Under the pieces are notes generated by a model, which was not told the DNA's origin, did no database searches, and was given only the letters and a program-made list of their open reading frames with translations. 64,000 nucleotides of DNA. Origin: Naegleria gruberi. Taxonomy: Eukaryota. This document shows positions 35,001 through 49,700 of the stretch, piece after piece (the first letter of the stretch is position 1; each line of letters opens with the position of its first letter). The position numbers and the translations under genes were made by a program. The stretch is taken from the NCBI GenBank assembly GCA_000004985.1, contig GG738859.1. One strand, 5' to 3'.

Positions 35001-38000
35001 CTAAAAAAAGAGATGAAGAAACTAGTTTAAATTTTGAATCATTTTCTAAACAAGTTAAAAAAATAGAAAAGATTTCAGATATAGAAACTATATTTTTAAA
35101 AATTATTAAAGATGTTTCTAAACAACATACAGATTATTCAACATATTTAGATATGATATTTAATATATTTATAAATGGAGCAAGAGATTCTAAAAAAGAA
35201 GATGATATATTATTAGTATTTAATTCCTTTTATGAAAATGAATTTAAAGAATATGATATTGAAGAAGTTGTTAATTTTATTACTAGAAATCCAATGACTG
35301 GTCGTTTAGAAAAATTATTAAATTTAATTTCAGAATTTAATGAAGATTTCTTTAAAAAGGAAAAATCTAAATTTATCAAATCAGTTATTTTTAGATTATT
35401 TTCAACTTCAACAATATCAATTCAATTATTATCTTTAAAATGTTTACAAAAGTTTAATTTACCATATTTAACAAGTAAAACTGTTAAAAATTTACAAAAA
35501 GTAATTTCATCTAATAGAAGTGTTGAACATTTATCTAAATTAGATTTTATTAATATTCCAAAACAATATAAACAAGAATATATTCATTTACATTTAAAGG
35601 TTATTGAACCTTATTTATTAATGTTTGATATGACTAAAAAGAGAGGTAAAAATTCTAAAGATGCAATGATTAAAAAATGGAAAATTAGAGTTCATCAAGT
35701 TATTGAATTTTTAGGTCAATTACCAAAAGAAACACTTGAATATTTTATTAACATGTTATTTAATAGATTTAAATCTATTGATAATAATAATGGTAATGAT
35801 AGTAATATTGATAGTAATATTGAGAGTACAAATACTAATAATAGTGATGGTAAATTTGCTGAAGATTTAATCAAGGCAAATACATTCCAGTTACGTTGGT
35901 TATTAGATATTATTGAAGAAATTTTAACATGTTTAACTGGAAATTATCATTACTTTTATAATCAAGTATTGGATTTATTAATTACTATTATTGAATTGAG
36001 AGTTGATGCTCATGAAATGGAAGTTGATCAAGAAGAAGAAGAACAAAAATTACTTGAACAACAATTACTTGAACAAGAAGAAGAAGAAGAAGAAGATGAT
36101 GAACAAGATGAATCATCCACTATTAAAGATTCTGATAGTAAATCATCTGAAAAATCAGACAAGATGACTGATGAAGTTGATGATGAAGATGATGACCAAG
36201 ATGATGATGATGATGAATCTACTGCTACTTCTATTCAAACTACTTCTACTACTAAATCAACTATTGCTAAATCTACTACTTCTACCACAACTACAACAAC
36301 TGATAATAATACTAGCTACTACTGTTAATAAGAAACCAATTATTAGACAATATTATAAACCAGCATCATCTAAACAAAAAGTATCATTAACATTAACATT
36401 TAAAAGAGCAGTTGAATTACTTGAATTATTCTTTGATAGAAAACAAGAATTTGATTATAGTATTGAATTTACATCACACGTAATTTCATTATTTACAAAA
36501 TTCTTTGAAAATATTAATAAGAAATCATCAAGAATTGAAGAATTACCTTCTTACTTTTCAATTTTATTTTCATGGTTTGATAAACCTAAACTTTATTATT
36601 TAATTAAATATTATGAAAAGGAATTAATATTTAAATTTATTGAATTAATTGATCAATATAATGTTTCTAATGTTGTATTTGATCAAGTTTTATCTATTTT
36701 TGATAAAATATTATCAAATAAGGATGAAATTTTTATGAATTTAAATCCAAACTTTTCAAAAATTACAACAGATATTGAAAATGGTTTAACTATTGGTATG
36801 AAAATATTTGAACCTTCAATTATTAATCAAATTTTAATTGCATTTTATAATTTATTTATTGAATCTAATTATTCATCTAAATCTATTAATAATAATAATA
36901 ATAATAATAATTATAAATCTAAAAATAATAGTTATAATAATAATAATAATAATAATAATAATTTAAACAAATTAAATGATGAATTAAATGAACAATCAAA
37001 TGAAAAACAAGAATTTTCTAAAAAATGTTTTAAATTAATTGATAAAATGAAAGGTTATTTTGATGAAACATCACCTGCTGATATTATTTTAACCTTTTAT
37101 GGAACATCAATTAGAGATGGATCTTCTTTAAATGAAGATGAAGCACGTGTTTTATTACATTTATTTAAAAAATATTTACCATATTCAAGTGAATCTATTA
37201 AAACATTATATATTATACATTTTTCTAAAATGTTTATTTATAATAATGAAACTATATTTAGAAATCAAATTTGTGATATAATTGAAAAATTAGCAATTGG
37301 ATTTAATAATGAAAAATTAAAATTTACATCTAAAATTATTAATGGATTAAATGCACAAATTGAATCACATTTAACAAATTTAGATACATCATCTAGAATT
37401 GAAATATTTAAAGAATTAAATTCAAATTTAAATATAATTTCAAATTTAAATGAAATTGAATTATTTCCAATTATAGGTAATTTAATATTCTTTTTAGGAC
37501 ATAAAGAATGGATATTACGTGATTCATCTTCACAATCATTATTAAATATTATTGAAATTATTAAATTTAATAATGAAATGAAAGAAATTAAAAGATTATT
37601 AATTTTACATGTTAAAAGATTATCATTTTCAGATAAATTATTAGAAAAGAGTGAATCAATGTTAGTTTATTCTAAAATGATTGATCAATTTATTGAATTG
37701 GAAAATTTAAAACCATTTTCAAAATCATTAGAATTAATTTCAAATGTTAATTATCAAAAGAAATTAGAAGGTTTACAAATTATTAATTCTATTTTAATTC
37801 CAATTGAAAAATGTAAAATTCAACAAGATTATATTTATCAAATTGTACCTCCACTCATTTATGAATTAATGGTAATTAATGATAAATCTATTCAAGATTT
37901 AGTTAAACAATTATGTATTTATTTAGTAACTGTTTTAGATTGGAATTATTCACATCCAATTTTAAATCAATTAGTTACAATGATGGGTACATATGGTTTA

Positions 38001-41000
38001 AAGGTTTTATCAAAGAGAAAGAAATTAGCATTGGATATTATATGTCAAATTGTTGATGTATTTCCATTTGATAAAATTAATGATCATGGTTTTAATAGTA
38101 GTTATAGTTATAATAATAGAAATGATAATAATAGATATAATAATAGAAGACATGAATCAGAAGAACCATTATCAAATAGTACAGTTACTATTGAAAAGGA
38201 TACTACAAATGATGATGATGATAATGATGCAGACGACAATGAAATGATTGATGAAAATGAAATTCCAAAAGGTAGAAGAATGAAGAGATATTTCATGAAA
38301 GATTTCATTCCAAAAGTAACAAAATTCCTTTGGGATAAGAAATTAGAAATTTATGTCATGCGTATGCAAGTTTGTTTCTTAATTATTAAAGTATTAAGAA
38401 GATGTGATAAAACACAATTAGATGTACATTTATCTAAAATGGTATTAGATGTATTAGGTAAATTAAAGAGTAAAGATGAAGAACAACAACAAGTTGCTGG
38501 TAAAGCATTAATTGACATGTTTAAAGAATTGGGAAGTTCATATTGAAAGTAATGTCATCAGATCACAAAACTACTCACATTATTACACAAGCTGTACATT
38601 CAGTCATGTTAATTTTATTGAATGAAAATACATATCCACCTTTAAAAACATTTAAAAAGAGAAAAGTTTCACGTTTTGATATTGAAAAGGCACAAGATTA
38701 TGAAAATCAATCATCAATAGGTGAAAATTCAGTTTCATTAACTGCATCTGATAGTTCTTCATCAAAACATTTCAAATCAAAACATGAAAATACTTTATTT
38801 AATTGTTTTGAATTATTAGGTTCAATTATTGATATTAAGAAGAGTTTATCATATATTATTAATGATATTAATTTCAAAATTAGAATTGTACATAATGCTG
38901 AAATTTTAAAGAGATTTGAATTTGTATTTAAATTTTTATTGAAAGGTTTAATGAGAAATAGACAAGTTATTCAATCTAATCAATCTATTACTAATACTAT
39001 TACTAATAATACTACTACTAAACAATCTAATCAATCTAATAATAATAGTGAAATGTTATTAAATGTAATTAAAAATGAATTATATCATTATAGATTATAT
39101 AAAAAGAATTTTACAACAATAACAGATGGAGAACAAGATAGATTTCATTCTGTTAAAACTACTAAAGATAGAAAGGAAGAAAATTTCCTTGTACAAAAAG
39201 AACCAGGTAGACTTGGTGCAATTGATCAAGCTAATGATATGAAAATGAAATTATTAGCAGGATTAATTGATAATTCACATATTATTGTACAATTTTATTT
39301 AAAAATGTTTGAAAAATGTATTAAAAGATTTAAAATTCAAGTAGATAAACATTTAGAAATGATGAATGAAATAATACCATTATTATTAAAATATGTTAGT
39401 GGTAATCATTTAAATGTAGCATTGGTTTCATTTAGAATTTTAATTGAAATTTGTAAACGTACACCTAAAGTATTTAAAATATTAGAAGATTCTAAACAAT
39501 TATTATTAAATTCTACATTTGATATATTAACAAATTCAGGTATTGATTCTACAAATTTAGAAACATGGGAAACTATATATACAGGTATTAAATATTTTTT
39601 ACAATCTGATATTTCACATAAATATCCATTATCATTAGGACAATTAGATATTTTATTAGATATGTTAAAAATTGAAATTTCATCAACTAGAAAAACCTAT
39701 TCAATTCAAACATTTCAAATTTTATCAAATTTAATTGATAATAAGGTACAAATACCACAAATTTATGATTTAATGGATAAATCAATTACAATTATGTTAA
39801 CTACACTTGAAATGGAAATACAAAAAACTATAGTTGAAATGTTGGTTAATTTTTATTTAAATTATCCATTTACAAATGAAGTATTACAAGACAAGTTAAA
39901 TTATTTATTTAAAAATGTTTTAAATGAAAATATGTCAAATGAATCTAAATTATCAATTTTAAATTTAATTCAAACTATAATTAAAAAATTTCCAAATAAT
40001 TTCCTAAATGATAAAACTGAATTAATTTATTATCCTCTAATTTTAGAATTAGAAAAACAATGTAAAAAACGTGTTATTGCAGGTGATAACAAATCAATTT
40101 CATCAATTGTTTCAAAATTAAGAGAAACTTTACAATTTTTTATTAAAATATTAAATGATGAAAATTTAATTAAAATTATTAAAATTACAAATGATTGGAT
40201 TTTAAATGAAAAGAAATTAAAACCAATTGGAGTTAATTCTATTTTAATTTTATCAAATGTATCAAATGGTAGTAAATTAAAATCATCATCAGAATTTTAT
40301 GAAAATATGATACCTCAATTAATTTCTATAATTGAAAATTCAGATACAAATTTAGAAAAATATCCAAGTTTAGTATTAGAAACATTGGAATGTTTTTATT
40401 CATTATTTTCACAATCTATTATTTCATTCCAACATGTTGATGAAATTTGGAATTCCTTATTAAAAATAATTTGTGATGAAAATGATTTGAGAAGTGAAAT
40501 TAGATTAGAATCTTTGAAAATCTTTGAATTATTTGTTTCTAAAAAGAAGAAGAATGAATCTAAAATTTTAAATCATTTACAATATTTAGAACAAATGTCA
40601 ATTTCAATTATAGAATTATTTAAATCACAATATATTAATGATACAAATGTAATTGTAATTGTTAAAGTTTTAATTTATTTATTTAAATTATTAGATTCTA
40701 ATAATGGAAGTGAAATTTTACATAAATTATTTAAATCTTTACGTAAAATTTCAAATCAAACATTTGATTTTGACACCAATGAAAATATTACATTTAGAAG
40801 AATGAATATTTTAAAGTTATTTATAGGTTTAGCTTCTAAATATGGTAATCAATTACAACCTTATTTAATTTACATGACACCATTAATTTATAGATGTTGT
40901 GAATTTTCAAATAGAGATAAATCAATTGTAACAATTGAATTGGAGAAATTTGCTAAAGAATCTAAACAATTAATTCAACAATCATTAACAGATTCAAATT

Positions 41001-41242
41001 TATTTGTTCAAGCTTATGAAGAAGGTAGAAAATTAGTTGAAAGTAAAAGTGAAAAGAAATCAAAATCTAAAGAACAATCAATCATATCAAAACCATCACA
41101 ATATGCTAAAAAGAGATTGGAATCAAATTCTAAAAAGAATGATACTAAAAAGAGAAAGTTAAAAGAATCTTTTAATCAACCAACTGTACAAATATCATCA
41201 TCTGGTAATGTACAACAAGTTAAAAAGAAGAAGAAGAAGTAA
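32092..41242 (+). CDS. UTP20: UTP20 (DRIM) small-subunit processome component, about 2900 aa, at least 5 exons; three apparent frameshifts
   Basis: Exon 1 (32092..32424) ends ...LEWDELNLT and exon 2 (32476..32618) begins KHYIQFRSNIQSFV..., matching human LLKWRELNLTEHFGKFYKEVIDKCQSFNQL. Exon 3 starts at 32696 and reads ...HKKWYIRKFAAESFSFLINKLSDEEL against human HKKLHIRNFAAESFTFLMRKVSDKNAL. The introns are 51, 77, 74 (34323..34396) and 104 (34852..34955) nt. The C-terminus is a Lys-rich tail, ...KKRKLKESF...VKKKKKK, like human UTP20. Frame breaks with no possible intron occur at about 33328-33362 (an A/T run), 36300-36330 and 38540-38550. Confidence 0.85.
33361..33432 (+). repeat. AT-only tandem direct repeat (unit about 24 nt, aataatttaaataatattaaaaat, 2.5 copies) inside the UTP20 coding region, encoding NNLNNIKN repeats
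   Basis: A direct sequence repeat is visible at 33361-33384 and 33385-33408 with a partial third copy. It lies immediately after one of the UTP20 frame breaks. Confidence 0.6.
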
Positions 41243-41412
41243 TTTAATTTAATTGATTTGGAAATTGAATTGATTTGAATTATATAATAAAATAAATATT
41301 ATTTAAAATGTTATTGGTGAATATTGTGAATTCATATATGACATGTATTGATAGAGAGAGATGATTCTCATTGTCATTTTGAAACATTTGGTAGTTATCA
41401 TGATTAATTAAA

Positions 41413-43662
41413 ATGTTAAATTTGCTTGTACAAACTTCCAATACCAATACTACTAGTCAACAACAACATGAACAACAACATGAACATTCTCATCATAATG
41501 GAACATGTTCTGCACCTATTAATATTGTGAATAATCAATCATCATCATCATCATCCTATTTAACAACAAATCATTCACCATCACATTCACTAGTTGTGAA
41601 TTTAAATGAAAATCATACCATTAATACATTAAATCATCATCATCATCACTCTAATAATATCAATAATAATATAAATAGCAATCAACATCATTCTACCAGT
41701 ACCAGCACTAGTAATATTAATAGTAATAGTTTAAATAATCAAAATATTGAAAATAAATTAAAAAAGAAAAAGAAAGAAGAAACATGTCAAAAACAATCCA
41801 CCACTATTAATAGTAATAATAATAGTATTATTAATAGAAATCATCGTATTTCAAATAATTCATCATTATTTCCTAATAATACTACTAATACTCATAATAA
41901 TACTACTACTCATAATAATACGAATACTCATAATAATAATACGAATACTAAAAAATCCAATCATTCTAATATAGCTTGGAATGGAAAAGTAAATCATACA
42001 AATATATCAAATAGTAATATGACTATTAATAATACATTATCAAATAATAATACAAATAACAATAATAGTAATGGTAATAGAGAGAGTAATAATAGTAATA
42101 TATCATCAACCATTCATCATCACAATCATCATACTCATCACCATAATCATCACAATCACCACAATAGTAACCATAATTATCAGAGTTTACCACCTCAATC
42201 AAGTACAAATGCTTTTTCATCTTCCTATCAACAACAACAACATAGTTTTTATTCCGAAAAAAGTTTTAACAATTCATCTTCTTCATCATCAACATCAAAT
42301 AGTACATTAAATAATTCAAATAATAATAATAATATGGGCAGTACTACAAATAATCATCATCATCACCATCAACATCATCATCGAAATAATACTAATAATA
42401 ATAATAGTATGAATAAGAATGGTAAACAAAGAATGAATCATCAATCCAATAATAATAATAGTAATAATAATAATAACAATGAAAATAATTCATCATTTAA
42501 AAGAATGAAAAATAATAATTTATATGAATTATTATTAATATGTAAAAGTAGAACAATTATTAATGATCAATTTAATATTTCTTTACCTGATACAAATATA
42601 TATAGCTTTTTTAAACATGTAACACCTAAATATAGTAGTTATGAAAATCAAGAATTATTAAATAATTATAAATTAAAAGATTTATGGAATTTTTATGATG
42701 AACCATATGGTGTTGGTATTCCAATTAAATTACCAAAACATTCAAATAGAGAGAGTGTTTATTTTGTACCACATTTAAGTGCAATTAAATTAGTTGCTAC
42801 TAATATTAATACTACTACTACTACTAGTAGCAGTACATTAATTAATAATATTAATAATATTACTGAATCAACAACTGAATCAATAACATCTAATAGTAGT
42901 TCTAATAGTAGTAGTAATAATAATGTGACTTGTAATACTTGTAATAATCAACAACAACAACAATTGAATGATCAAGCAGCTGATGAAAATTCAGATAAAA
43001 TTTTATTTGAATTTTATGAAACAGTTACACCTGATTTGAGATATCCATTCATTGATAAAATGGAAGAATTATCTAAGGATTGTCCATTCTTAATGGAAGG
43101 TACAATTAGTGAATTAAATTTAGATAAGAGTTGGTTTTCAATTGCATGGTATCCAATTTTATGTCATAATCATACAATGAATTGGTTAAAAGGACAAATG
43201 ATTACCTATCACAAATTATCACCATCCTATCATGCTATTGATACAAGCTTTTTATCTTGTGTTAAACCTAAAAATGAATTTGATGAATTAATTAATGAAA
43301 AGAAATTATCAGCAAATTTGAATATTAATAATAATAATAGCAGTAATAGTAGTAGTACATCAACATCACCAGCTTTATCAAATATTCAATATTATTCACC
43401 TATTATTGGATTCTTACCTTACAAATTAAGAAATGAAACTTGGTTTTATGATTTTAAGAGAGGAAATAATCAATTAACAGCACCACTTTATTTATTACAA
43501 TCTTGTCATAGATTACAACGATTCTCCAATCCAAATACTATGCATCCTGATTACCATCATTGTTTGAAAAATAGTCCAGAATTAGGTCTCATTCCACATT
43601 TCCATCAATCCTCAAACAATAACCATCACAACAATAATGGTAATAACTCAATAAAAGAATAG
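41413..43662 (+). CDS. DUF789-domain protein with a long Asn/His/Ser/Thr-rich low-complexity N-terminal half
   Basis: The C-terminal half carries the DUF789 blocks KDLWNFYDEPYGVGIPIKL...ESVYFVPHLSAIKL and ILFEFYETVTPDLRYPFIDKMEELS...SWFSIAWYPILCHNHTMNWLKGQMITYHKL. It is a single 2250-nt ORF. Confidence 0.6.
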   Translation: MLNLLVQTSNTNTTSQQQHEQQHEHSHHNGTCSAPINIVNNQSSSSSSYLTTNHSPSHSLVVNLNENHTINTLNHHHHHSNNINNNINSNQHHSTSTSTSNINSNSLNNQNIENKLKKKKKEETCQKQSTTINSNNNSIINRNHRISNNSSLFPNNTTNTHNNTTTHNNTNTHNNNTNTKKSNHSNIAWNGKVNHTNISNSNMTINNTLSNNNTNNNNSNGNRESNNSNISSTIHHHNHHTHHHNHHNHHNSNHNYQSLPPQSSTNAFSSSYQQQQHSFYSEKSFNNSSSSSSTSNSTLNNSNNNNNMGSTTNNHHHHHQHHHRNNTNNNNSMNKNGKQRMNHQSNNNNSNNNNNNENNSSFKRMKNNNLYELLLICKSRTIINDQFNISLPDTNIYSFFKHVTPKYSSYENQELLNNYKLKDLWNFYDEPYGVGIPIKLPKHSNRESVYFVPHLSAIKLVATNINTTTTTSSSTLINNINNITESTTESITSNSSSNSSSNNNVTCNTCNNQQQQQLNDQAADENSDKILFEFYETVTPDLRYPFIDKMEELSKDCPFLMEGTISELNLDKSWFSIAWYPILCHNHTMNWLKGQMITYHKLSPSYHAIDTSFLSCVKPKNEFDELINEKKLSANLNINNNNSSNSSSTSTSPALSNIQYYSPIIGFLPYKLRNETWFYDFKRGNNQLTAPLYLLQSCHRLQRFSNPNTMHPDYHHCLKNSPELGLIPHFHQSSNNNHHNNNGNNSIKE

Positions 43663-43719
43663 TTTTTTTTAAAGTAATAGTTTTCACATTGTTTTCTCTT
43701 CACAAACTCTGATAATTTA

Positions 43720-46700
43720 TTATTCAGATTCTAATTGATTTGAAAGTTCTAATGCTTCTGATTGAGTTTGAATTAAATCTGATGGAACATCAACACATAA
43801 AATCTTAATTAAATATGGAATAGATTCAAAATTATATCCAACTTCTTGATAACTCTTAAAGTGTTGTAAAATCTCTACCAATTTAATACATTTACCAAAG
43901 TTAATAAATATAGTACCATTTGATTGTCTAAAGGTAGGTTCAATATCACATTCTTTCAATTCATCTAAATAGGAATTTACCAATGGAATGATTGGTAATT
44001 TAATTGAATTTAATCGATTAATTAAATTCTCTCTTGCTTGTGGATTTTTATCTGAAAAGTAAGTTTCATGATATAAACGATAAATCTTTTTAGATTCCTT
44101 TGACCAACTCTTATTTAATCTCAAAATGGCATGATTACTCAATCCACAATATATTGAATATAATCCAAATAAATTATTCATGGCAAATAATTCTTCACAT
44201 ATTTGATTAAATTTGTTAATAATTTCAATTCTCTTATTTAAATCTCTTTCACGTAAAATTAAAGTCACAACCCACAATTCACAATCTCTCTTTCTCTCTA
44301 ATAGTGAAGAGAGATGTGGTAAATAATCTTTTTGTTTGGTGGATGCACAAATTTCCTTATTATCAATTTGTTTAAAGAATTCAAAATCTATTAAAGTTAA
44401 TTGTCTTGCAATTTCAGTTGAATTCCATGCAAGTAAATCAAATGAAGGAACAAATGAAGTTAGTAAATTCAATTTCAATTTGGAAAATCCATTTGGAATG
44501 ATTGGATTTGGTTTCTTTTTAGAATCTTCATTGGATTGTTCTTTAATTCCCAATAAACAATTAATGAGTGATGATTTAACTTGTTCTAACAAGTAAAAAC
44601 ATTCAAATGCAACTTGTTTAATAACAAGTGTCAAATCATTATCTAAAAATTGAATTAAATTACAAATGAATGGTTGTGTCATATCTGTGAAATGTTTTTC
44701 AATCCACAACTTGATTGAAAGTGTAATATTTAACACCATTTCACTCTTATGTTCAATTTCAGGATCTTGAGCAAATTTAAATAAAATCTGACGAATCATG
44801 AGCAATAATTGATGTGGTGTTGTAAAGAATAAATAACTTGAAAAGAATATCTCTGCATAGGTTAATTTAAAATCCAAATTATTGTTGTTAGCAACATTTG
44901 CACCACCACTACCATTTGAAATATTTGATTGTAAATTACTATTACTTGATTGAGTATTGTTATTAATTGGAGATGATACTTGATTATTAGATGATGATAG
45001 CAGTAAACTATTTGTATAAATATTTGGATTGATAAATAATTTTTCAACAAGATTTTCCAATTTTGAAAAATTCATCTTTTCCAACTCCTCAACTGATAAA
45101 TGTGGAGTATCTCTATTAACATGTAAAGTACCACCCAATTTTAATAGATATTCCTTATGTGATTGTTGTTTTTGTATTAAATCTTCAATTGAATCAACTT
45201 GTTCATGTTGATAAATTTCAATCAAATCGTACAAGACATCACGAACACTTGAAAAAGTTTCAGTCAAAGTTGGGAAATAACAATAGGATAATACACTTGC
45301 TAATATTGATTTCCATTTAGGATTTCTATCTGAAAGTAATTGTGTTAAATGTGTTTTATCAAATGTTAAATGTGACATTCCAATTTTAGCTGTTAATTGT
45401 GTTGGAATGTTAAATTGTTTTGTTGTTGTTGTTGATAGTTTAATATTACTTTCATTAGAATTATTAACATCACTATTATTACCACCATTATTATTATTAG
45501 TATTATTACTATTGTTATTATTATTACTATTAATATTAATATCATTTAATTTAATATGTTCATTAATAAATATAAAAGGTTTAAAAGTTTCTAAAAATGG
45601 TTCTAAATAAGATTGAAATAAAACTCTCTTATGTTCTGAATCCAAATAAGGAGATAATAAAACAACAGATAAAAGGAAATGTAAAGACTTGTCAAAAATT
45701 TCATAAAAAACTAAAGTTTGTGAATCATTTTCATAAATTGAAATTGTCAATTCATCAATTAATTGTTTCATTTCCATTGAACATGTTTCATCACTGAAAC
45801 CTCCTTGACCTTGACCTCCTAATAAATGATTAATTAGTAAATCTTTAAATTTAGATAAAAGTTGATTTGTTTTTTCACTAAATATTTCACTTTTAGGTTT
45901 TAAATATAAATTTACAATAATCTTGTTAAATAATTCCATATAAACTTCATGAAAACAAATTTGTACTTGATTTTGATTATGAATATTCATTAACATGACA
46001 GTTACTTGTAAAATGTCAACTAATGAAAGAATTTTTTCAGATTCAAGTGAAGAGAAATATTCAACAATCTTTTCATCACTTGAATTCTTTAAAATGTGAT
46101 AAAAACATGCAAATAAATCTCCCAATTCATCTTTAAATGTAATACAATCAGAAATTGAATCTTTTTGTTCAATTACTTTTTTAACAAAATCAAAATATAA
46201 ATTTCCAATAAAATTTCGATCTTTTTGTGATTGAATTCTAGAATCAAAATCTAATTTTGTTAAATGATTCTTTAAAATTCTCAATGATAAACCTTTCAAT
46301 TCATCAGTTTTTTGTGTTAAACCATAAATAATACAATCAATTAATTTGGAAATTATAAATTGATTCTCAGAATTTTGAATAATAAAGAAAATATCATCAT
46401 GTTCAATAAATAATTCAAGAAATTGTAAAATATAGAAAATTGCAACATCTCTTGTCTTGTCATTTGATAACTTGTCTTGGAAATAACTAAAATATTCAAT
46501 CATTATTTCTCTAATATATTTAAAATCAAGAATTGGAACTAAATCTCTCAAAAATAATGAAAAATCCAAATTAAAATTGGTAGCAGCTGCATAAATAGCT
46601 GCATCTTTAAATCTCTTCTCATAACACTCCAATAGGAGAGGTGCAATGGTGTGAATTAATTGTTTCAATCGACTCATGAAAATGTTTGGATCAAATTGTT

Positions 46701-49700
46701 GAGAGGAAACCTTTTTAAATTCCTCATCTCTCACAATGTGAATATTCTTTGTAATCAAATCAAAGAAGAACCAACCAAATTTGATTACATCAACTCCAGT
46801 AAAGGAAATTTCAGAGACTTTTCTAGGATTTGCCTCAGCAATAATCTTTTGAGTATTGAAATCGTCAATGACAATTTGTTTTTGTTTGCTACTGCTGCCA
46901 CCACCACTGCTGCTGCCAGTTGAAGAAGTGTTGGATACTTTTCTCCTCTCACGTGTGATAAAATCCTTAAATTCCTTCACTTGACCCTCTGCTTGTTTTC
47001 CATTGGGTCTAGTTTCCATCGAGGTGAATAAAAAGGTAGAAATTTGTTTGTGTGAATCAATATTCTTTGCCAAACCATTTTGTGGTTTAAAATTGAGATC
47101 AGAAACCTTTGGTGAAAAGACTCCCAACTCTATGATTGGTTTCTTTCTATCTTTTTGTCTTGATTCTTGCCAATTTTGAATGAAATTTAACATTTCATCC
47201 ATTAACATTTTGTATAATGGTTCTTCCATATCTGGATATTGTCTTGAAAAGTAAGAAATAAAAGTTGAAATGTAATAATTATTTCTACCAAATGAAGAAG
47301 AAACAGTTTCAATTCCACTTAAAAAGAATAACAAACATGACATGGCACGTGAAATAATTTCAGGTACAATAACCTTAGTTCTAGTTCCATATTGATTAAA
47401 ATTCTTAATTATAACCAATGTTGATAATAAAGTTAAAAGACCATTAATTACTTTTGGAGTGTGATTCAATAATTCTGCAAAATTAGCATCTCTTAAATTA
47501 TCTAACTTTGACATGACATCTAATAATATTTCCTCTCTATTAACATCTTCATTCTTTTTAGTAGATTCAAATGTATTGTAAAATCTATCACATGCATCAA
47601 GGAATGAAGCAGCAAATGGATCTTGAGTATAAAAAGAAGTTAACGCTTTTGTTTTGATATTTAAATAAGATGAATGTGACATTGGAATATCTGTTTGTAA
47701 ACTTAAATAATTATCAACTAATTTTGGTGATTTAAATATTGTTAAAGTATGATAACCATCTTTTACAATACAATGATTAGTAACATCTCTTAAATATGCA
47801 AAACCAATTAATTGAGTATTTGTAATACCATCAGATGAAATATCCATATCACTATTTTGTGGAGCTTTTCCATCTAAACCTTTTGAAATATCCAAATCAA
47901 AAAATTCAAATAAAACATGTGACTTGTCAACAATATTGGCAGATGATGGAATTTCCAATCTAATTTCGTCATAAAATTGAGGTGAAATTTTCTTAAATGT
48001 GATTGAAGAATAAAAATAGTTAAATCTATTAGAATCATTAAATGAATCTGCCATTCTAGATTCTCTTGTTGAAGTGATCATATCATTCTTCTTATATGAA
48101 ACTTTAATATAAATATTACCAGTTTTAGAAAGTGAAGATAATTCACATGTATCTAAATAAATATATAAAGTATTTCTTAAATTAAAATCAAATTGATAAT
48201 AATCTTTAGAGTTATGAAGTGATTCAACAACTGGAAATAATTTGTAAAATGTATCGAGAACAGAGAATGATCCCTTCGATTTGTCCAATCTTTTCATAAC
48301 AGTTTCAATGACATGATCATCCTGATCTGTTTTAAACATGGAAAAATCATTCTTGAATCGCATACTGGTATGAGATTGTTGAGAGGAAGCTTTGGATTTT
48401 CGAGTGGAGAAGGCATGTAAATAGGATGCTAATTTATCTCTCGTAGCTGTATTAGTTTGAAATAGGAAACGAATTGGGAGATTATTCTTATCATCATCCA
48501 TATTAAATGTTGTTGAAAAATCACTGCCACCACTACCTTGAATAGGTAAATTAGTTGAACCATTACTTGATAACCATTTTAAGAATGTTAATACATCAAA
48601 TGAACTTGAAGAATGTGATGGTATTCTATAGGCCTTGTTAATTTTAACTTGACCTTCTAATATTTCAATGGAAGAATTATCATTTTCATCTCGATTTTCA
48701 TAGAAAATCTTTTGACCCATTACAATGAATGGTTGTCTCAACATACTCGCTCTCCAATAATCATTCATTTGTGTGAGATATTTCTTCATTAACTTTTCAT
48801 TATTGGATTTATAGGCTTTCCATGCATCTTCTATTAAACCTCCACAAAATACCTTTTCAATGGTGAATGAAATGTAAACTTCTGTATGTTCTGGTTTTTC
48901 AAATACAAATAAAGCAGATGCCTTTTCAAAATTTTGTCTCTTGTTAATATTCTTAATATGTCTCTGTGTGGAATTTGCCAATTTGTTCATTGAAAATCCA
49001 TCACTACTTGATAGAGAATGTTTAGGTTCAATAAAGAAACAAAAATCTTCTGTCAATTTAACTTCAGATTTGATATCATAGAGTGAAACTTTACAAAATA
49101 AAGGTTCAGGTAAACCAAATTTTGAAAGTACAAAATCTTCATATTCAAATATTAAATACATCATCTTATCAATATTATTATAGAGTGGTTGAACTTTTCT
49201 AGTTCTGTGACATCTTTCAATTTCCTGTCCACCATTCCAAATAAAATCATTATTATAATAGGAAATTACTCTATATGGATTTTCTAATTCATATTGTGTA
49301 ATGACATTTTCTTTAAATTTAAATCCTTCAATTCTTTTTAAATCTTTAGGTCTAATTCCTTTAGCTTTAAGTTTTGTAAAAACTGATTCATTCTTCTTCT
49401 TCTTTCCGTAGAGTTGTTCATGAAGTTGTGAAACTGATTCACCTGAAATGATATCCATTTTACTCTTCTCAATATCGTGATGATGATGATTTGAGAAATT
49501 ACCAGCACTCATACTAACAGTTTGTTGTCCTGTAGTACCAATAGTATTATTATTATTATTTGAATAACTTGTTGATTCATCGAGTGAATTGGTTGAGCTT
49601 TCAAATTCCTTCTTTGGTTTTCTTCTAATAAAATCAAAGAATGAAGCTCTATTAACTTGTTTTTGCTTATTCAATTCAGAAATATGACCAATACTTCTAA

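Noticed and set aside
36033-36330. A GAA/GAT-rich and ACT/TCT-rich region that might be a microsatellite expansion or transposon
   Set aside because: It is in frame and encodes the acidic (EEEEDDE) and Ser/Thr-rich linker of UTP20. Human UTP20 has an acidic stretch at the corresponding place.
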